DNA of 64,000 nucleotides from the human T2T-CHM13v2.0 reference genome, Homo sapiens: the NCBI RefSeq assembly GCF_009914755.1, contig NC_060942.1; one strand, given 5' to 3'. The notes under the pieces were generated by a model. That model was not told the origin of the DNA and made no database searches. It saw nothing but the letters and a program-made list of their open reading frames with translations. A program made the translations under genes and the position numbers. This document shows, piece by piece, positions 17,177 to 41,198 of this stretch; the first letter of the stretch is position 1; the number at the start of each line of letters is the position of its first letter.

Positions 17177-17600
17177 TTTTTTTTTTTTTTTTTTTTTTTT
17201 TTGAGAGACGGAGTCTTGTTCTGCAGAGCAGGCTGGAGTGGAGTGGCGTGATCTCGGCTTGCTGTAACTTCCGCCTCCCGGGATCAAGCGATTCTCTTGT
17301 CTCAGCCTCTGGGAGTAGCTAGGATTACAGACATGCGCCAACATGCCCAGCTAATTTTTGTAGTTTTAGTAGAGATGGGGTTTAGCCATGTTGGCCAGCC
17401 TTCCTCAATCGATTCTCTTGCCTCAGACTCCCAAGTAGCTGGCACGACAGACGCCCACCACCATTCCAGGCTAATTTTTTGTATTTTTAGTAGAGGCGGG
17501 TTTTCACCGTGTTAGCCAGGATGGTCTCGATCTCTTAACCTCGTGAGGAGCCCACCTCAGCCTCCCAAAGTGCTGGGATTACAGATGTGAGCCACACCCC
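17177..17600 (-). mobile_element. Composite Alu (two partial Alus fused at ~17400)
   Basis: The segment GATTCTC..CTCAG..GCTAATTTTT..AGTAGAG occurs twice (17290-17399 and 17411-17520) with different subfamily diagnostics. Confidence 0.85.
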
Positions 17601-17755
17601 ACTCTGGAAGTAATTATTAATAATGTTGTTTCTTCTTCCAGTTCTTCAGTTTGTTAAGCGCAACTGTTGAAAACATTTATTTGTCCCAGGAGATTATAGG
17701 AAAAAAATTAAGTGAATCTACTTAAACATAAAATTCCCAGTTTTAGAATAAATTC

Positions 17756-18059
<304 letters not shown>

Positions 18060-18428
18060 TAGGGATGTCATTTAGCTAATTTAATGTATTTGTATGCCAT
18101 AGTTCATATTTTCTGTGCTGTAAGTATTTTCTATATGTCTGATTTATGTTGGAGAATAGTATCTCTTTAGATGCAGGGGCATACTGTGAGCATCTACACC
18201 ATGGCAAATGGCTTTGCATTTTGCACTCTATACCATTGCCAAAAAAAGGTTTGATTATGCTACTAAAAATCCGACATGAATCAGTGAACACCAAAAGCCA
18301 ATAATTTTAGAATCTCAAAATAGTGGAATGTTTATAATTGTGATATTTTCAGTTTATTTTCTCCATCAATTTTCATTAGAAAGCGAGTAAGGAAAGTGGT
18401 AGAATTTAGGAGTTAAATCAAATTAGCG

Positions 18429-18765
<337 letters not shown>

Positions 18766-19944
18766 CTAAAGTAATCCAATACCTGTAACCTAGAGAATAA
18801 GGTTCACATCACTTAAAATGGCATTATATATAAAAGAAAAGATTGGTTCTACTACATACATCAGGCTTATTAAGTCACACTAGACAACTGAGGTTGCCTA
18901 AGACGTCATTGTCCTGGACTTGCAAGGGCCTCCAACTCCAGTTAAGGTGATAAGAAAAAATGAAAATGAGCAACCTAGCAATTTTCACAGGCCTCAGGAA
19001 ACTGGGGCCACATCGAACCCAGTCACAGGTTATACCAATTTGATTTACAACAATGAAAGAACCATCTGCTTATACTTGAGTTACAGCACATCCCTTTGTA
19101 GACATCCATACAATAGAAAGCCCCAGCAGTTGATTCACAGTAGAACAAAGTGTTTGTGTCAAGCAAAGGAAATTCTGCACTTAGAAATTTTATTGGCACA
19201 TTTAATTAAAAGATGGTGTAGGTAGGCATAAGTAAGAAAACCATAAGCAGACATAGTCAACATACTAGGTAAGTAAAACCAAATTCAGAAGGTTGTATTT
19301 AGTAATATTCATTTCAGATTTCCTTGGATAATTGTGGTTTGCCTTACATCTTTTGACTATGACACAGAGATTTTATTCACTTTTTAAAATATCTCCTAGA
19401 ATGTAGCTTGAGTCAGTCAAACAGGAAAACATATTGCAGCATTCTCTCTTTTACCTCCCCCAAAGCACTGTAATATGGCTTTTGGAAATATTTCCTCATT
19501 GTAATTTAGTTTTTGGAATGATGTCTGAGATACTGCTGTATGTAAATACAATGATATTCCATATTTCCTGTAAGTTTGCCTATTCAGAAAGCTGCATTTA
19601 CATACATGCTGAAACACAATCGCTGGTGATGTATCAACCAGAAATTTTATGTGTGAGCCTAAAAGGAAGTGTTGAGTCTTTCTCTACTTAAATAATTAGA
19701 AATTAAAAGTACCTCTTCTGCATTCTACAGTTTATGTAATATTAAAGGAAGGAATTCTGGCAAAGTAACTGAGGTTATCAGTTCAGTTCAATTTATAAAT
19801 TTATTGACATCAACTTGTCCCAGCAAAATAATCAGTAGATACTCCATAATCACCACTGTTTCTGTTTTCAAGCGGAGAGAAAAAAAATAAATTAATTGTA
19901 TTATATGTTACAATCTTGGGTAAATTCTTTTCTAAATTGGTAGG

Positions 19945-20135
19945 TATAGCACAGCACATCAAAGGTTGATAACATAAAATAGTGGACTAAACTTCAGCTC
20001 TAAAAAGTTAACAAATCTTGAAGTCTGCTTGCTCAGTTGTAAAATGGGGATAATATTCTCACCTTTGAGTATGTCACACAGTTGCTGTAGGATTTATTTG
20101 AGAAAAAATATGCGTAAAGATGCTTTGGACATTAT
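19945..20135 (+). mobile_element. MIR fragment
   Basis: GCTCAGT..TGTAAAATGGGGATAATA...GTTGCTGTAGGATT core-like sequence. Confidence 0.6.
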
Positions 20136-20959
20136 AAAACTGCATCCTAATACAGAGTAAAATTATAAAATTTGATTTGAATGATACCAACTAGTTGGGG
20201 ATAAAATATTTTACATAAGAACTCCCTGAAAAAGGCAAAATCATGTGTCATGTCATGTTTGTCATCAAGGATGACAAGGTTTCAATTTGCCTAGGTCAGA
20301 AATGCTGTGGTTCTATTCCCTCAACAACTAGTTACTTCTGCTTCGAGTACATGTTTTCCAAAAGCTAGAAAACACCCGTCCAAAGGCTACTTTCCAAACA
20401 TAAAAAAAAGGTTTACTTCAACACATTATGTCTGTAGGAAGAGTCAAATGAAACAAAACTACTGAATCATTTCCAGGATAGAGTCACACTATCCAAAATT
20501 TGGAACAGCATTGGATGATAGTTGTAGGTCAAGTCCCTTTGCAGGTATAAATCCCCCCTTTAAAGTGGAAAAGTATACAAATTGTGTAATATAGGTATAC
20601 ATTATAGACTATACATGACTGGAATTTCAGAGGCATGTATGCAATATGAGTTTAGCATGGAGAAATAGCCAACTGGGTAAACATCATTGATCCATGCTGC
20701 TATGAAAGATAATCAAAGCTAAAGCTGATTGCCAGTTACACATTTAGATCTTTTATGCAGCGAATTATGATAAGCAGATGCAGATTTTTTTGTTTCAGGC
20801 ATTTCCCCTACAAACTATCCTACATAAGGAAATTTCCTTTATGAATATGCCAGTTACTGTGTCTATTACAGGTCTTCCAAAACATACTATTGTAGGATTT
20901 GTGAATAAATATAATGGATGGAAGCAAATTAATATTTTAGAATCTAATAAATTTTAAAA

Positions 20960-21733
20960 GTCTATTTAACTGAGGTTTACTTTCAATACAATAAAATACA
21001 TCCAAATTAAGTACAAACATATAAAGTTATGTGGCTACCACCAATGAAGATATTGAAGCTGTCTATCACCTCAAAAGTTCTTTTGTACTCCTTACCAAAA
21101 CCTCTGGCTCCAAGCAGCCATTGATCTGCAACCTACCACTATAAATTCAGTTTCTAGAATTTTGTAGTAATCAACTTTTATAATATGCCTACTGTTGTTT
21201 CATTCTCTCAATATATTTTAGGATCACCTATGTTGCAAAATCAGTGGTTCTTTCTATTTTATTCTATTGTATGGAAATACTACAATATGTTTATCCTTTA
21301 GCCTGTTGGTGAACCATTTACAAATGTTTCTATTCCTTGATTATTACAAGTAAAGCTGCTATGTTCATTTGTATGCACATGTTTTCATTTCTCTTGAGTA
21401 AATAAGAATGGAATATTCTAGGTCAAATTGTAAGTGTATGTTTAACTGCCAAACTGCAATCCAAACTGATTATCCACTTTATACTCCCACCTAAATATGA
21501 TAATTCAGGGTGTTGTATGTCCTCTCAAACATTCAGAATTGACATTTTTTTGGATCCATTATAGTTTCTGTGCAGTATTATTGCATTTTGATTTTTAAAT
21601 TCCATTCCCAGGTGGTTAATGATGCATTTTTCAGTGTTCATCAATCATTAATATATCTTTGGTTATTGTCGTCTACTCAAATCTCTTGCCCATTTTGTTG
21701 TTGTGTTGTTTGACTTCTCACTATGGAGTTTGA
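20960..21733 (-). mobile_element. Old L1 (L1MC/MD/ME-like) 3' end
   Basis: Antisense L1M motifs: TATTGTATGGAAATACTACAAT, TTTTCATTTCTCTTGAGTAAATA, GTAAGTGTATGTTTAACT, TTTATACTCCCACC. Confidence 0.7.
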
Positions 21734-22016
<283 letters not shown>

Positions 22017-22239
22017 ATAGAGGTGGACTTTGATATTTTTTTCTACATGTCCAGTAAAGTCTTTTGTAAAATTCTTTTTCTTCTCTCTTACTCTTCCTCT
22101 TTGACCATATCTATATATATCCATCTATCTCTATACAGTTATAAAAATACAAACTCATAAAACTCAAGAAACCCTAAGCAACATAACACAAGTAAGCCAC
22201 AAGACAAGTCAGGGAGATAGGAAGACCACAGGGTTTGAA

Positions 22240-24010
22240 GAGTGCAGGGCAAGACAGGGCTCCACAGCATGTCCAGGCTCCATTGTGAACAGCCCTGCAG
22301 CTTGGGTCATATGATCTTGCAGGACCTGTATTCTTGCAGGTGTCAATGGTGGTCGCAGTGTGGCACACATGGCAATTCTTAGTGAAAGAATTACAACACC
22401 AGCTCCTGGGATTCTGAAACAAAGCCATGCCTTCCATAGCAGTTAATTATACGTTGGACCTAGGAGAGATGCTGTGCTTGATAAGTTACCATGCTTCTGG
22501 CGCTACCTCTTGCAGGCTGAGTTCTATTGGAACCACCAAGTCATGACACCAGAAGGGAAAAGAAGTAGTTCATCATGAGGTGGAAATAGTAAATATGAGA
22601 CAAAGGCCAATCAAGATGAGAGCAAGTGGATAAGTTGAATAGCAGGTAACCCAGATCCTCATGTCACCCACCATGTTTGCACCAGCAACCTTCCTTCAGC
22701 TCACACCTGTGACTGCATTTGTGTCCCTGTGGCCATCTGAAGGAGGGAGAAAGGGGCAATCTCTGTTTAAAGGTGTAGTTGCATTGCAGCCCAATGCAAG
22801 AATGACTCTGAAAGACAGAAGGAAATTAAAATATTCCCTATTAGCAGCACTGGGAGCAGTGGCCCTGGCCAGCTACTTTACATAGAAGAAACATGGCCTA
22901 AGGCAGGAATATAAACAGATTTCTTTGCCGTAGTCAGTGGGTGAATCATCTGGTCAGAGGCTTAGATAGAAAAGAAGTGAAATATCTGAGACAAGGAAGC
23001 TGGGTTAGAAGCATATGAGTGGACATGCAGGAGCAGGCACGGAGTGTAAAGAATCTTGTATTGCACGTTCACACTCACAAGAAAGCACTCACCACAGAAG
23101 AGGCACTCAATAACCAATCAGACAAAATGACTTGACAAGCTGCCAGCCTTGGAGATTGGCTTTCCCACAACAAGCACAACAGTCACACATATGCAGTCAC
23201 TCATATGACCATGTTGGCAGAGATGGACAATACATATGGGCCCCACAGCCTGGACTTCTATGTATCAAGGTTGATCTAACTACTGCTGCCTCTGACTGTC
23301 CTACTTTTCAACAGCATAAATCAATAATGAGACTCTTATATGGCAAGTCTTTTGACATTGAATGACCACCTTTTCATCTCAGAGGGATATATCCTTATTC
23401 CAGGGCTGGGTTTGGCACTTCTGTTCACAGAGCCTGAGGCAGGACCACTTTTCTGAGGCTTCCAGAATTCCTGATCCACAGGCATAAAATCCCACATGGT
23501 ATAGCATCTGACCAGGGTTCCTTGTTCACAGCAAAGGATGGGAAGAAGTGGGTCCATGACCATGTAATCTACTATTTGTATTACATACACTCTTCAAGAA
23601 GCAGCTAGACTCATGGAGCCCTGGAGAAACATTCTAAAGATGCAACTGAGGCACTATGCTAAAGGAAACATTCTGAATGCAGGGGGCACCATCTTTTATA
23701 TATATTCTATCACAGATCTTTATATAGTAGTTCTTTTTCCATAGGAAGAATCTACAGGTTCAGAAAACCAGAGGTAGAAACAGGAATGTCCCTAATTACA
23801 AATGCTCCCAATAATCTTCTCAGGTTTTCCTGTGCTTCTCATCACTGCAGCTCTGGGATCTGGAAGGCAGGCAAGTCCTGCTCTCTAAAGAATGTTATCT
23901 GTTGGTTGCTTTAGATTCCTTAGGTCCAGTAACCAAAAGACAAGAAATACGTCACCAATGGGACAGGATGAATACACCCTGATTAGCAGGAGGAGGTAGG
24001 GCTACTTTTC
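22240..24010 (+). mobile_element. Degenerate ERVL-class internal sequence (pol: tether/RNase H/integrase remnants)
   Basis: Translated fragments resemble ERVL Pol: QLGSYDLAGPVFLQVS (~22280), LGF*NKAMPSIAVNY (~22410), HVHTHKKALTTEEALNNQSDKMT (~23065), and ORF 23132-23365 HVGRDGQYIWA..GL..KVDLTTAASDCPTFQQ (integrase Zn-finger region). Many stops and frameshifts. Confidence 0.8.
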
Positions 24011-24029
24011 TACAAAAGAAGCAGAGATA

Positions 24030-24132
24030 ATTTCTCTCTTTCTCTCTCTCTCACACACACACACCCACACTCACACACACACACACTCCCCACTCCCATA
24101 CTCTCTCTCTCTCTTTCTCTCCCCCTCACACA
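24030..24132. repeat. (TC)n(AC)n compound microsatellite
   Basis: Visible dinucleotide runs. Confidence 0.85.
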
Positions 24133-24315
24133 ACTGGGCATTCAAAGGCAGTTCTGAGACCAACTGATATAGCATGGGCTAGAGTTGGTCTCATTAACCT
24201 TCCTTTTCTAAGATTCCCCTTGGAAAAGAGAGGATCATGGGAATTTTGGAAGAGCTGGTATGAAGAATCTGTTTGGACAAATATGTGTGTGCTGTGGTGG
24301 GGTTAGGAGGTGGGG

Positions 24316-24745
24316 GTAATGGATTTTAATGACCAAGGAAATTTGCAATGCAGATATCCTGAATCAGATAGCATAAGTCAGCGACAGCCTGGCTTTAGCC
24401 CTCTGTCTCTGGAAGCACTTCTACACTTGTGCAGCAGTCATGTTTCCAACAGTCATAGAGCTACATGGGGATTGTATGTGAGGACGTTTCCAGTGAGTTG
24501 TGAGAGTCTCCAAGGAGTAACTTTAATTTAAGGAGTCCGCAGTGACCTAGGCCAAAGCATTCTTGGAACCATGCTGCAGTCTCTTTCTACCCCAATCAGC
24601 CTTCCTTCCCTCTTTCCCTCTACAGGTGTAAGATCTGCACCCTAGTCTGAAGACTCTACCCACCTTCTCCTGCTTCCTCCTTCTTCCCTCTTGCAAATTT
24701 AATTCCATGGTGGTGTTTGCCCTTAGCAGATCTAAACATTAATTC
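24316..24745 (+). mobile_element. ERVL LTR (LTR16/LTR33-like), probable 3' LTR of the upstream remnant
   Basis: Preceded by a purine tract; contains CCTTCCTTCCCTCT..ACAGGTGTAAGATCTGCA..GTCTGAAG and a TCTTGCA..TAATTCCAT..TGGTGTTTGC end motif. Confidence 0.6.
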
Positions 24746-25502
24746 AAGTCATATGATCAGATAAGATGAAAAATGACTAAAAATGTCATTCATGACATGT
24801 GAGTGGTGAGCTCTGCCTGGCAGTAGGGAGGAGAGAATTCTGAGAGAAATTAATTTGGAAAAAACGATGCTGCACATCCCAGCAAATACCATCCCATCTT
24901 ATCTCTGCTAGGAATATTTTTTGTAACATGCATATAATTCACTTTTGCTTTATGAAGTAAATTTATATTTTAAGAATACAGCAGCAATTTGAGTGCTGTT
25001 CACAGCTAGTGTGAACTGAAATTTGAGGTTGGCTATAGAAGAAGGCCAATGACAGACGGGTTAGTAGAACAAAATGGATATAAATAGGAAAAAGTGAAAA
25101 ATCAGTAAGACAGTATGTTGGAAAGGAGTACAGTAGTTGGAAGAATTAATGATTCAATATTTCTATAAAGAGTCTCCATTTAGATGATTCAAAGAGTATC
25201 CATGAAGAAATGCACATTTTATTGAATATACAGAAGTGTGATTAGTGGTGAAGGAGGGTGAATTCTGTTTGTTATATGACTATGACATGTAGAGAACTTC
25301 TCATTCAAGGTGAGTGTGCAAAAATATTACAAAACATGTGGAGAATTAACTATTAGAGAGATAATGAAATAATTATACAAAGAAACCTCCTAGAGATGAA
25401 TTCACCACAGCAAATATGAGAAATATTATAGCAAACTAAATTTTCCTTTTAAGTGAGTACACTTAGAATTCTCAACTGGCTTTTTAAGAAGAAAACATCC
25501 AG

Positions 25503-26797
<1,295 letters not shown>

Positions 26798-26799
26798 AG

Positions 26800-27235
26800 C
26801 TCTAGAAATGAAAATTATATAAAAAAGAAGTGTAAATGCAATAAACACAAAGAATTAGTCAATTGGGAGATAATGATGAATTTATCCAGATAAAAGTATT
26901 TAAAAGTCAGAAAGACCAGTCAAGAAAGTCCCCAACACATGTATGATAGGAATTTCAAAAGGAGTCCAAAGAGAATGGAGAAGCCATATTTAAGGACAGT
27001 ATTCATCCACTCAGCAAACTCTCACTAAGAGCCCACTTTGATGACGTTTCCATTCTAATGGTAGAGAATACTTATACACAAGAAAACACTGTCAATGCCT
27101 TCACTATTTGTATACTTTACATGATGCCATAAAATTTCCATTGCAGAGGAAAGACTTGAGGACTCTAATTTAAAGTATAAAACAAGTGCTGAGCAGAAGA
27201 AATAAAAATGAATCCATATCCAGACACATTGATGA
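26800..27235 (+). mobile_element. Possible old L1M ORF1 fragment
   Basis: CAACACATGTATGATAGGAATTTCAAAAGGAG...GAGAATGGAGAAGCCATATT resembles the ORF1 NI..IG.PE..ENG.EAIF segment. Confidence 0.45.
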
Positions 27236-28164
27236 CTCTGAGTTTTAGTGTTTACAAAGCAGTTCTTTAAAATTAATTTTCAGTAAGAAGATGTGTATAT
27301 CACCTTCACTGTTTTCCTTTTTGTTTTGATCTATTCCTCTTGCTTATTCTAGTTTGAAATGATTTCTTCAAAAAAAGTCTTAAAAGTCTTATCCATTTAT
27401 GAATCGATTTATATCTTTCATTTTCTAGATTATAATTTTTACTTTTCTGTTATTAATTTCCTTCCATTAGGTATGTTTTTTGATCCTGTATTTACTTACT
27501 GACATGAATGATTAACTCATTTATCTTCTCTGGCTTAGTAAAAAAAAAACTGAAAATCTTGAAATTATATATGTTTCTTATTATCTTTCTTAATTATATT
27601 GTGTGTAGAGAGGTTTGTTAACTTTTCCAAAAAGTAGATTATTTATTTACAGGTTAGTTGTTTCTTCTTATAGTAATTTCACTTGGAGGATAAATGTTAA
27701 AATTTGAAGCACAATAACTTTCTGTTGACCTTTAAAAAAGTATATTTTTATTTGAAAGGTACAGTGTTGGATATTTTTACTAAAATAACATAATTATTTA
27801 CACACCATCTTATCTAATTACCCTGTTATAGTTCCTATGAACCTTATTATAAACCAGCAATATTTCTTCTGGCCTATATATAAGCTTTTATTTTTATATT
27901 TAAATAAAGCTATTTAATGAAAGAAATACCACTGTGTATTTTTAAATTGTAGACAGTAGATTTACTCAAATAAAAATTTCTTCTCTCTTCTAGTTGATAA
28001 ACTTATTTCTGATTGGCATTTCTCTAGTTTATATATCTACAATCACAGCTGTTTCCTATACTAATGTAATCATTTCTGCATACACGGAGGGTGTCTTATT
28101 TACAATATGACATGTAAAATATTTTAACAAGAGTTATGGTTTTGCAATTGTATAGTTTTTATTA

Positions 28165-32849
<4,685 letters not shown>

Positions 32850-33001
32850 CAGTCCTTGTATTTTTAAGGTTTCATTTGTGTATTTTCTTTAGGAAAATAT
32901 TTCAATAATTTATCACTGCAATTAGCTGAAGTTATAAAATTACTTCTGGATTTGGGAAGATTATACCTGAGCATGGCAAAGGATTAGAAATAATAGCTAG
33001 C

Positions 33002-33335
<334 letters not shown>

Positions 33336-33431
33336 TTAACTTTTTCTATCTGTCAGGCACTGCGCTAAATACTTTGCATGAAGATGATAATTTCGAAACT
33401 AAACACAGAAGAGCAAGTGTAAAAGAAGTAA

Positions 33432-33665
<234 letters not shown>

Positions 33666-33770
33666 TAGTAGTAGTTTTGCATCTATGGGATTGTTGTATA
33701 AAATAAATGGTTTAAATATGTAGGATATTTAAAAGTCATTCTTTCTGCATTTGAGATTTTGAGCCTTTAA

Positions 33771-36294
<2,524 letters not shown>

Positions 36295-38039
36295 AAAGAG
36301 GGCATTATAAAATGCCTCATGGAAAAAATATTATTTTAACAATTATTAAAGTAAAATTAAAATTTGTGGCTCATAAAGACATACTTCATTTTTATCCTCT
36401 ATTTTTTTTACAAATGGGACTTGAATATTTTAAGATAAAATTTTAAAAAATCAAGTAATTTTAATCGGAAATTTCAAAAAAATAAAACCCTGAATCCAAT
36501 TCAAATTTCACTTACTTGAAAATTCTCACTGATATAAATTTATTTATATAAATGTGATATAACCAATAAAGATATGCAATAGAGTCATTGTTAATTTGGG
36601 TAAAAAAATTTTAAAAACAATGCAAACTTGTATTACCTCCATATGTATGTATGTACACATATACACATATATGAATATTCATATATATATTTGCGCACAC
36701 ACACCATATATATACCTGTGTATAAATGAATAACAATGGAATATCAGTTGGCCTCTACTACAACATTTGAAGGCCCATTGCACAATGGCCAGAACAGAGA
36801 CGACATCGGAATGCAACTTAAAATTTCCAAGATGACTTGAATTGTATCTGAATTTCTAACAGGGCATAGAGAAATTAAAATCTTGTTTGATTATGCTTCT
36901 TTGTTTATTACTGGGAGAGCCTCACATGCAAAGCAGATCAGGATATTCTCTTACCAAATGTGTTAATTAACAGTCAGTTCATAATGTAAGGGTGACTCAA
37001 ATAGCAGATTCAATATCAAACAGGAAGGGCTTTTGTAGCCCGTTCTATTTTCGGTCAACCACAAACCACCCACCCCTGCTGGGTTAGGTACCGGGTCTGC
37101 AAAAGACATAGTGTGCCACCCACAAACACACAAGTTCAAGGAGCGTGGCTCAATCCTTCAGAAAATTGGTTCTAACTTTCAAATCATTAGGGATCTTCTT
37201 TATAAAAGATATAGCAAACAAAAACACAAAATATACCCCTCTAAGATTATTAGGAAGTTAAAAAAAAGTGACTTGTAACTTTTAATAAATAACTAGGGAG
37301 GTAAGCTTGTTCATTTCTGAGATTCACAACTTTTATAAAGGTGCTGTATTAATACTTGAATTGTGCTATGTTCAATAGAAGCAATGAGACATAAGCCATA
37401 CTGAGAGAAGAAAAAAATTTTACAACAAGAAAATCTAATGTTGTTTAATTTCTTTAAATATTTATTAATTTCTGAATGCTATGTGATTGCTTTCATATTA
37501 ATTTTTCAGTAGAGAAATTAAATACAATTGAATACAATTTCTCAGTTGAGAAATTAAATGCAATGGATTTTAGTGTGTGATGACATACTTGATGGGATAA
37601 TTTTAAAATCATTATTTTAATTAGATATAATACTTTTAGGTAGAATAATAAAAATAAAGGAAAACCGATTTTCTTTAAATTCCATCAATTATTTCTTTCT
37701 CACAATAATTAATATGTAATTTACCAATGATGTAGTAGATTAATACCAAATTCTCTTACTTTTGGTTTCATCAAAAAATGATGAGCATTTTTCTCTGATT
37801 GATGTTTAGTTACTTTCAGATGGCTTGTAATCTTGTACTTTCAACATTGAAGATTTTTTTCACATATTGATACCTATCATTTTATGATATATCTGATTTT
37901 ATAATTATGTATTCATTGTTTTCAAATGAGAGTTATGGTTGTATACAGTAAGAATTATAATAGAGGAAGTTATCTGTTGCTTCAGGAATTTAAATAAGAG
38001 AAGACATAAAGATCTCAGCCTTTGTATCAATATTTTAAT

Positions 38040-39010
38040 TGGATCCTGAAAAATGAATGAAGACAGACAGAAAACAAGTAAAAAATGGTCTAAGCAGATG
38101 AAATAGAAGGAGTAAAAGGAGAGTAATAGAAAAGTGTGTGTGTCTTTGAAGGAACATAACCTGTTCTGGGTGTGGCTACAGCACAGGTTTGTGAAGGAAA
38201 ATGTTAAATGATTGAGGAGAATGTCTCTCAATATCAGTGATTTTGTATTTTACCCTTCAATGATGGGACATAAGTAAACAATTTTTAAAAGCATAGTGGG
38301 TGTGTGTATATATAAATATATAGCATATATATAGTATATAGCATGTCTATACTTATACTATATACATACATATAGTGTGTATGTATATATGTATATATAG
38401 TATGTATATATAGTATATGTATATGTATATGTATATAGTATAGTATATGTATAGTATATGTATAGTGTATGTATATAGTATATGTATAGTATATGTATAT
38501 ATAGTATATATATATATACTTATTTTCATTCTGGATAGAAGTTTTTGAGATGCAGTTAGAAGAAAAAGTCAGAAAGAATAGTCAAGATTATTCCAGAAGT
38601 ACAGGCATGATGTGATGAATGACTAAATTAAAACATTAGCAGCAACACAGAAGAGAAATGGCGGAATAGAAAGGTAATTCAAAGTAGAAAGAGCTGAACT
38701 TAATAATTCATTTAGAAGGAATAGTCAAGGTATATATACTCTAAATTTTCTTGGCGACTGGCTTGATATTATCATCATTAGCTGAGATGGGCAATGCTTT
38801 AAAAGAAATAGATTTATTTGCCAAAATATAAAATGTGTTTATGGCTATGTCAAATTTGAGATGCAGGTGGTGAAGACAGGGGGGGAGAATCAGTTGACAT
38901 TTGAAAATATAGGTTTGAAACCTACAGGAAAATATTGGAGTAAAAAAAAATAAAGAAAATCAAACATCAAAGGAAATGCTGGAAGTGTGGGAATTGATAA
39001 AAGGAGCACA
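38040..39010 (-). mobile_element. Probable L2 fragments
   Basis: Purine-rich diverged motifs (GTGTCTTTGAAGGAAC, CTGAGATGGGCAATGC, CTATGTCAAATTTGAGATGC) resembling antisense L2. Confidence 0.45.
38300..38518. repeat. (TATAG/TATG)n low-complexity microsatellite
   Basis: Visible tandem TATAG and TATG units. Confidence 0.9.
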
Positions 39011-39320
39011 GGAAAAGTGTGCAGAGCGTTGTTACCCAAAGTGCTGTGGGAATTTTATACACATATGAATACAGCTCACAAAACACACAAATATTTTTGC
39101 TTCCCTGGATCATTTACTGGAGTCTTTTACATACACATTCTGAAGTATAAGGTATGCAGAATTTTCTAAGCGTATCATAGAATTCCATTCCAAGAATACA
39201 TTTCAGGAAAACTATTGTCAATCAGGGAAACATTGGTGCAGAATAGTAAGAAAAGAAATACCCATTAAGACTAGTAGTTACACAGTGGACATGAAAATAC
39301 TAGGCAGCAAGGAGTTATTA

Positions 39321-39698
<378 letters not shown>

Positions 39699-39886
39699 TT
39701 AAGGAAGTCAAGGTAGAAGGAAATTTAAAGAAGGAAATGAGAAGCAATGCAGAATGTTTAGAAAGGTCAATTAGGAAGCTCCCATAAATATTCTCACTAT
39801 GTATTATAGGGAATTCATTTATAACTTCAAAAATACCACTCAAAAAAGATGGTAATTGTTGAAATGAGATTTCAATGGGTGAAAGA

Positions 39887-40260
<374 letters not shown>

Positions 40261-40355
40261 TTATGATTGTGGCTATAACTTGCTATGAATGGAAACAGCA
40301 ACACACCACTGGATTTCAACTTTTGAGTGCTTAAGAAGGTGGAGATGGTGATTAA

Positions 40356-40389
<34 letters not shown>

Positions 40390-40399
40390 CTAAGTGTGT

Positions 40400-40615
40400 A
40401 ATAGTTGCTAAGTGTGTGGTGTCTGAACCCAGCATATCAGGATGTCTGGAACTGGGATTGAATCCCAGCTCTTCCACTTTCTGGTTATGTGAGTGACTGT
40501 AGGCAAATTACTTAATCTTTTAATGCTCCATTTTCCTATATGTAAAATGAGAATTATAATAGTAAACTACTTCATGGCTTGTGAGGATGAAGTGCATGTA
40601 GAGTACTTAGTGAGT
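40400..40615 (+). mobile_element. MIR
   Basis: CTGGGATTGAATCCCAGCTCT..CCACTT...GGCAAATTACTTAATC...TGTAAAATGAGAATTATAATAG. Confidence 0.8.
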
Positions 40616-40642
40616 TCTCTTTGTGTATTATGTATTAGTTTC

Positions 40643-40721
40643 AAAATGCAGATTCTAGAGCCCTTAGATTCTCATTCAATAGGTATGAGGCAAGCACGGG
40701 CCAGGATTCTGCATTCTTTAA
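40643..40721. mobile_element. MER5-like hAT fragment
   Basis: AAAATGCAGATTC..AGATTCTCATTCAATAGGT..GGGCCAGGATTCTGCATT, the quasi-palindromic MER5 core. Confidence 0.6.
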
Positions 40722-40726
40722 GGAGG

Positions 40727-41198
40727 TGTAATTTCCTACATCTGCTGTGACAAAGTGGTTCACATTAGGTCGCTTAAAATGAGATAAAGTTATTCTTTTA
40801 CGGTTCAGGAAGCTAGAAATCTTAAATGAAGGAGTTAGCAGTGCTGCATTTTTCTCTGAAGGACCTGGGAAAAAATCCTTTCTTGCTTCTTCTAGCACCA
40901 GGTGATCACTGAGCTTCATTGTCATTGCTTGGCTGGAGGATACCTCACTTTATTCTCTACCTCCATCCTCATATGGCCATCTCCTCCCTGCGTCTCTGTT
41001 TCCTCTTCCCTTCTTATGAGGATATCAACCATATTGAATTATGGCCCACTCTAATGCATTATGAGCTCATCTAGCATATCATAATTATACAGCATCTGCA
41101 AATAATTTGATTTCAAATTAAGTCATACTCACAGACATCAGGGGCTAGAACTCTAATATATATATTTTCTTTTTGAAGACACAATCTAACCCACAAAA
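40727..41198 (-). mobile_element. Solo MaLR LTR, MLT1C-like
   Basis: Antisense MLT1 motifs (TGTA.TTTCCTA, GGAAGCTAGAA, AATCCTTTCTTGCTTCTTCTAGC, GACACAATCTAACCCA); 472 bp; 5-bp TSD GGAGG (40722-40726 / 41199-41203). Confidence 0.82.

Noticed and set aside
27341-27350. TGCTTATTCT as a distant TSD for L1 copy A (implying an 800-bp 3' transduction)
   Set aside because: Only 10 bp, not followed by a poly-T tract, and the same 10-mer occurs near 1686; likely chance.
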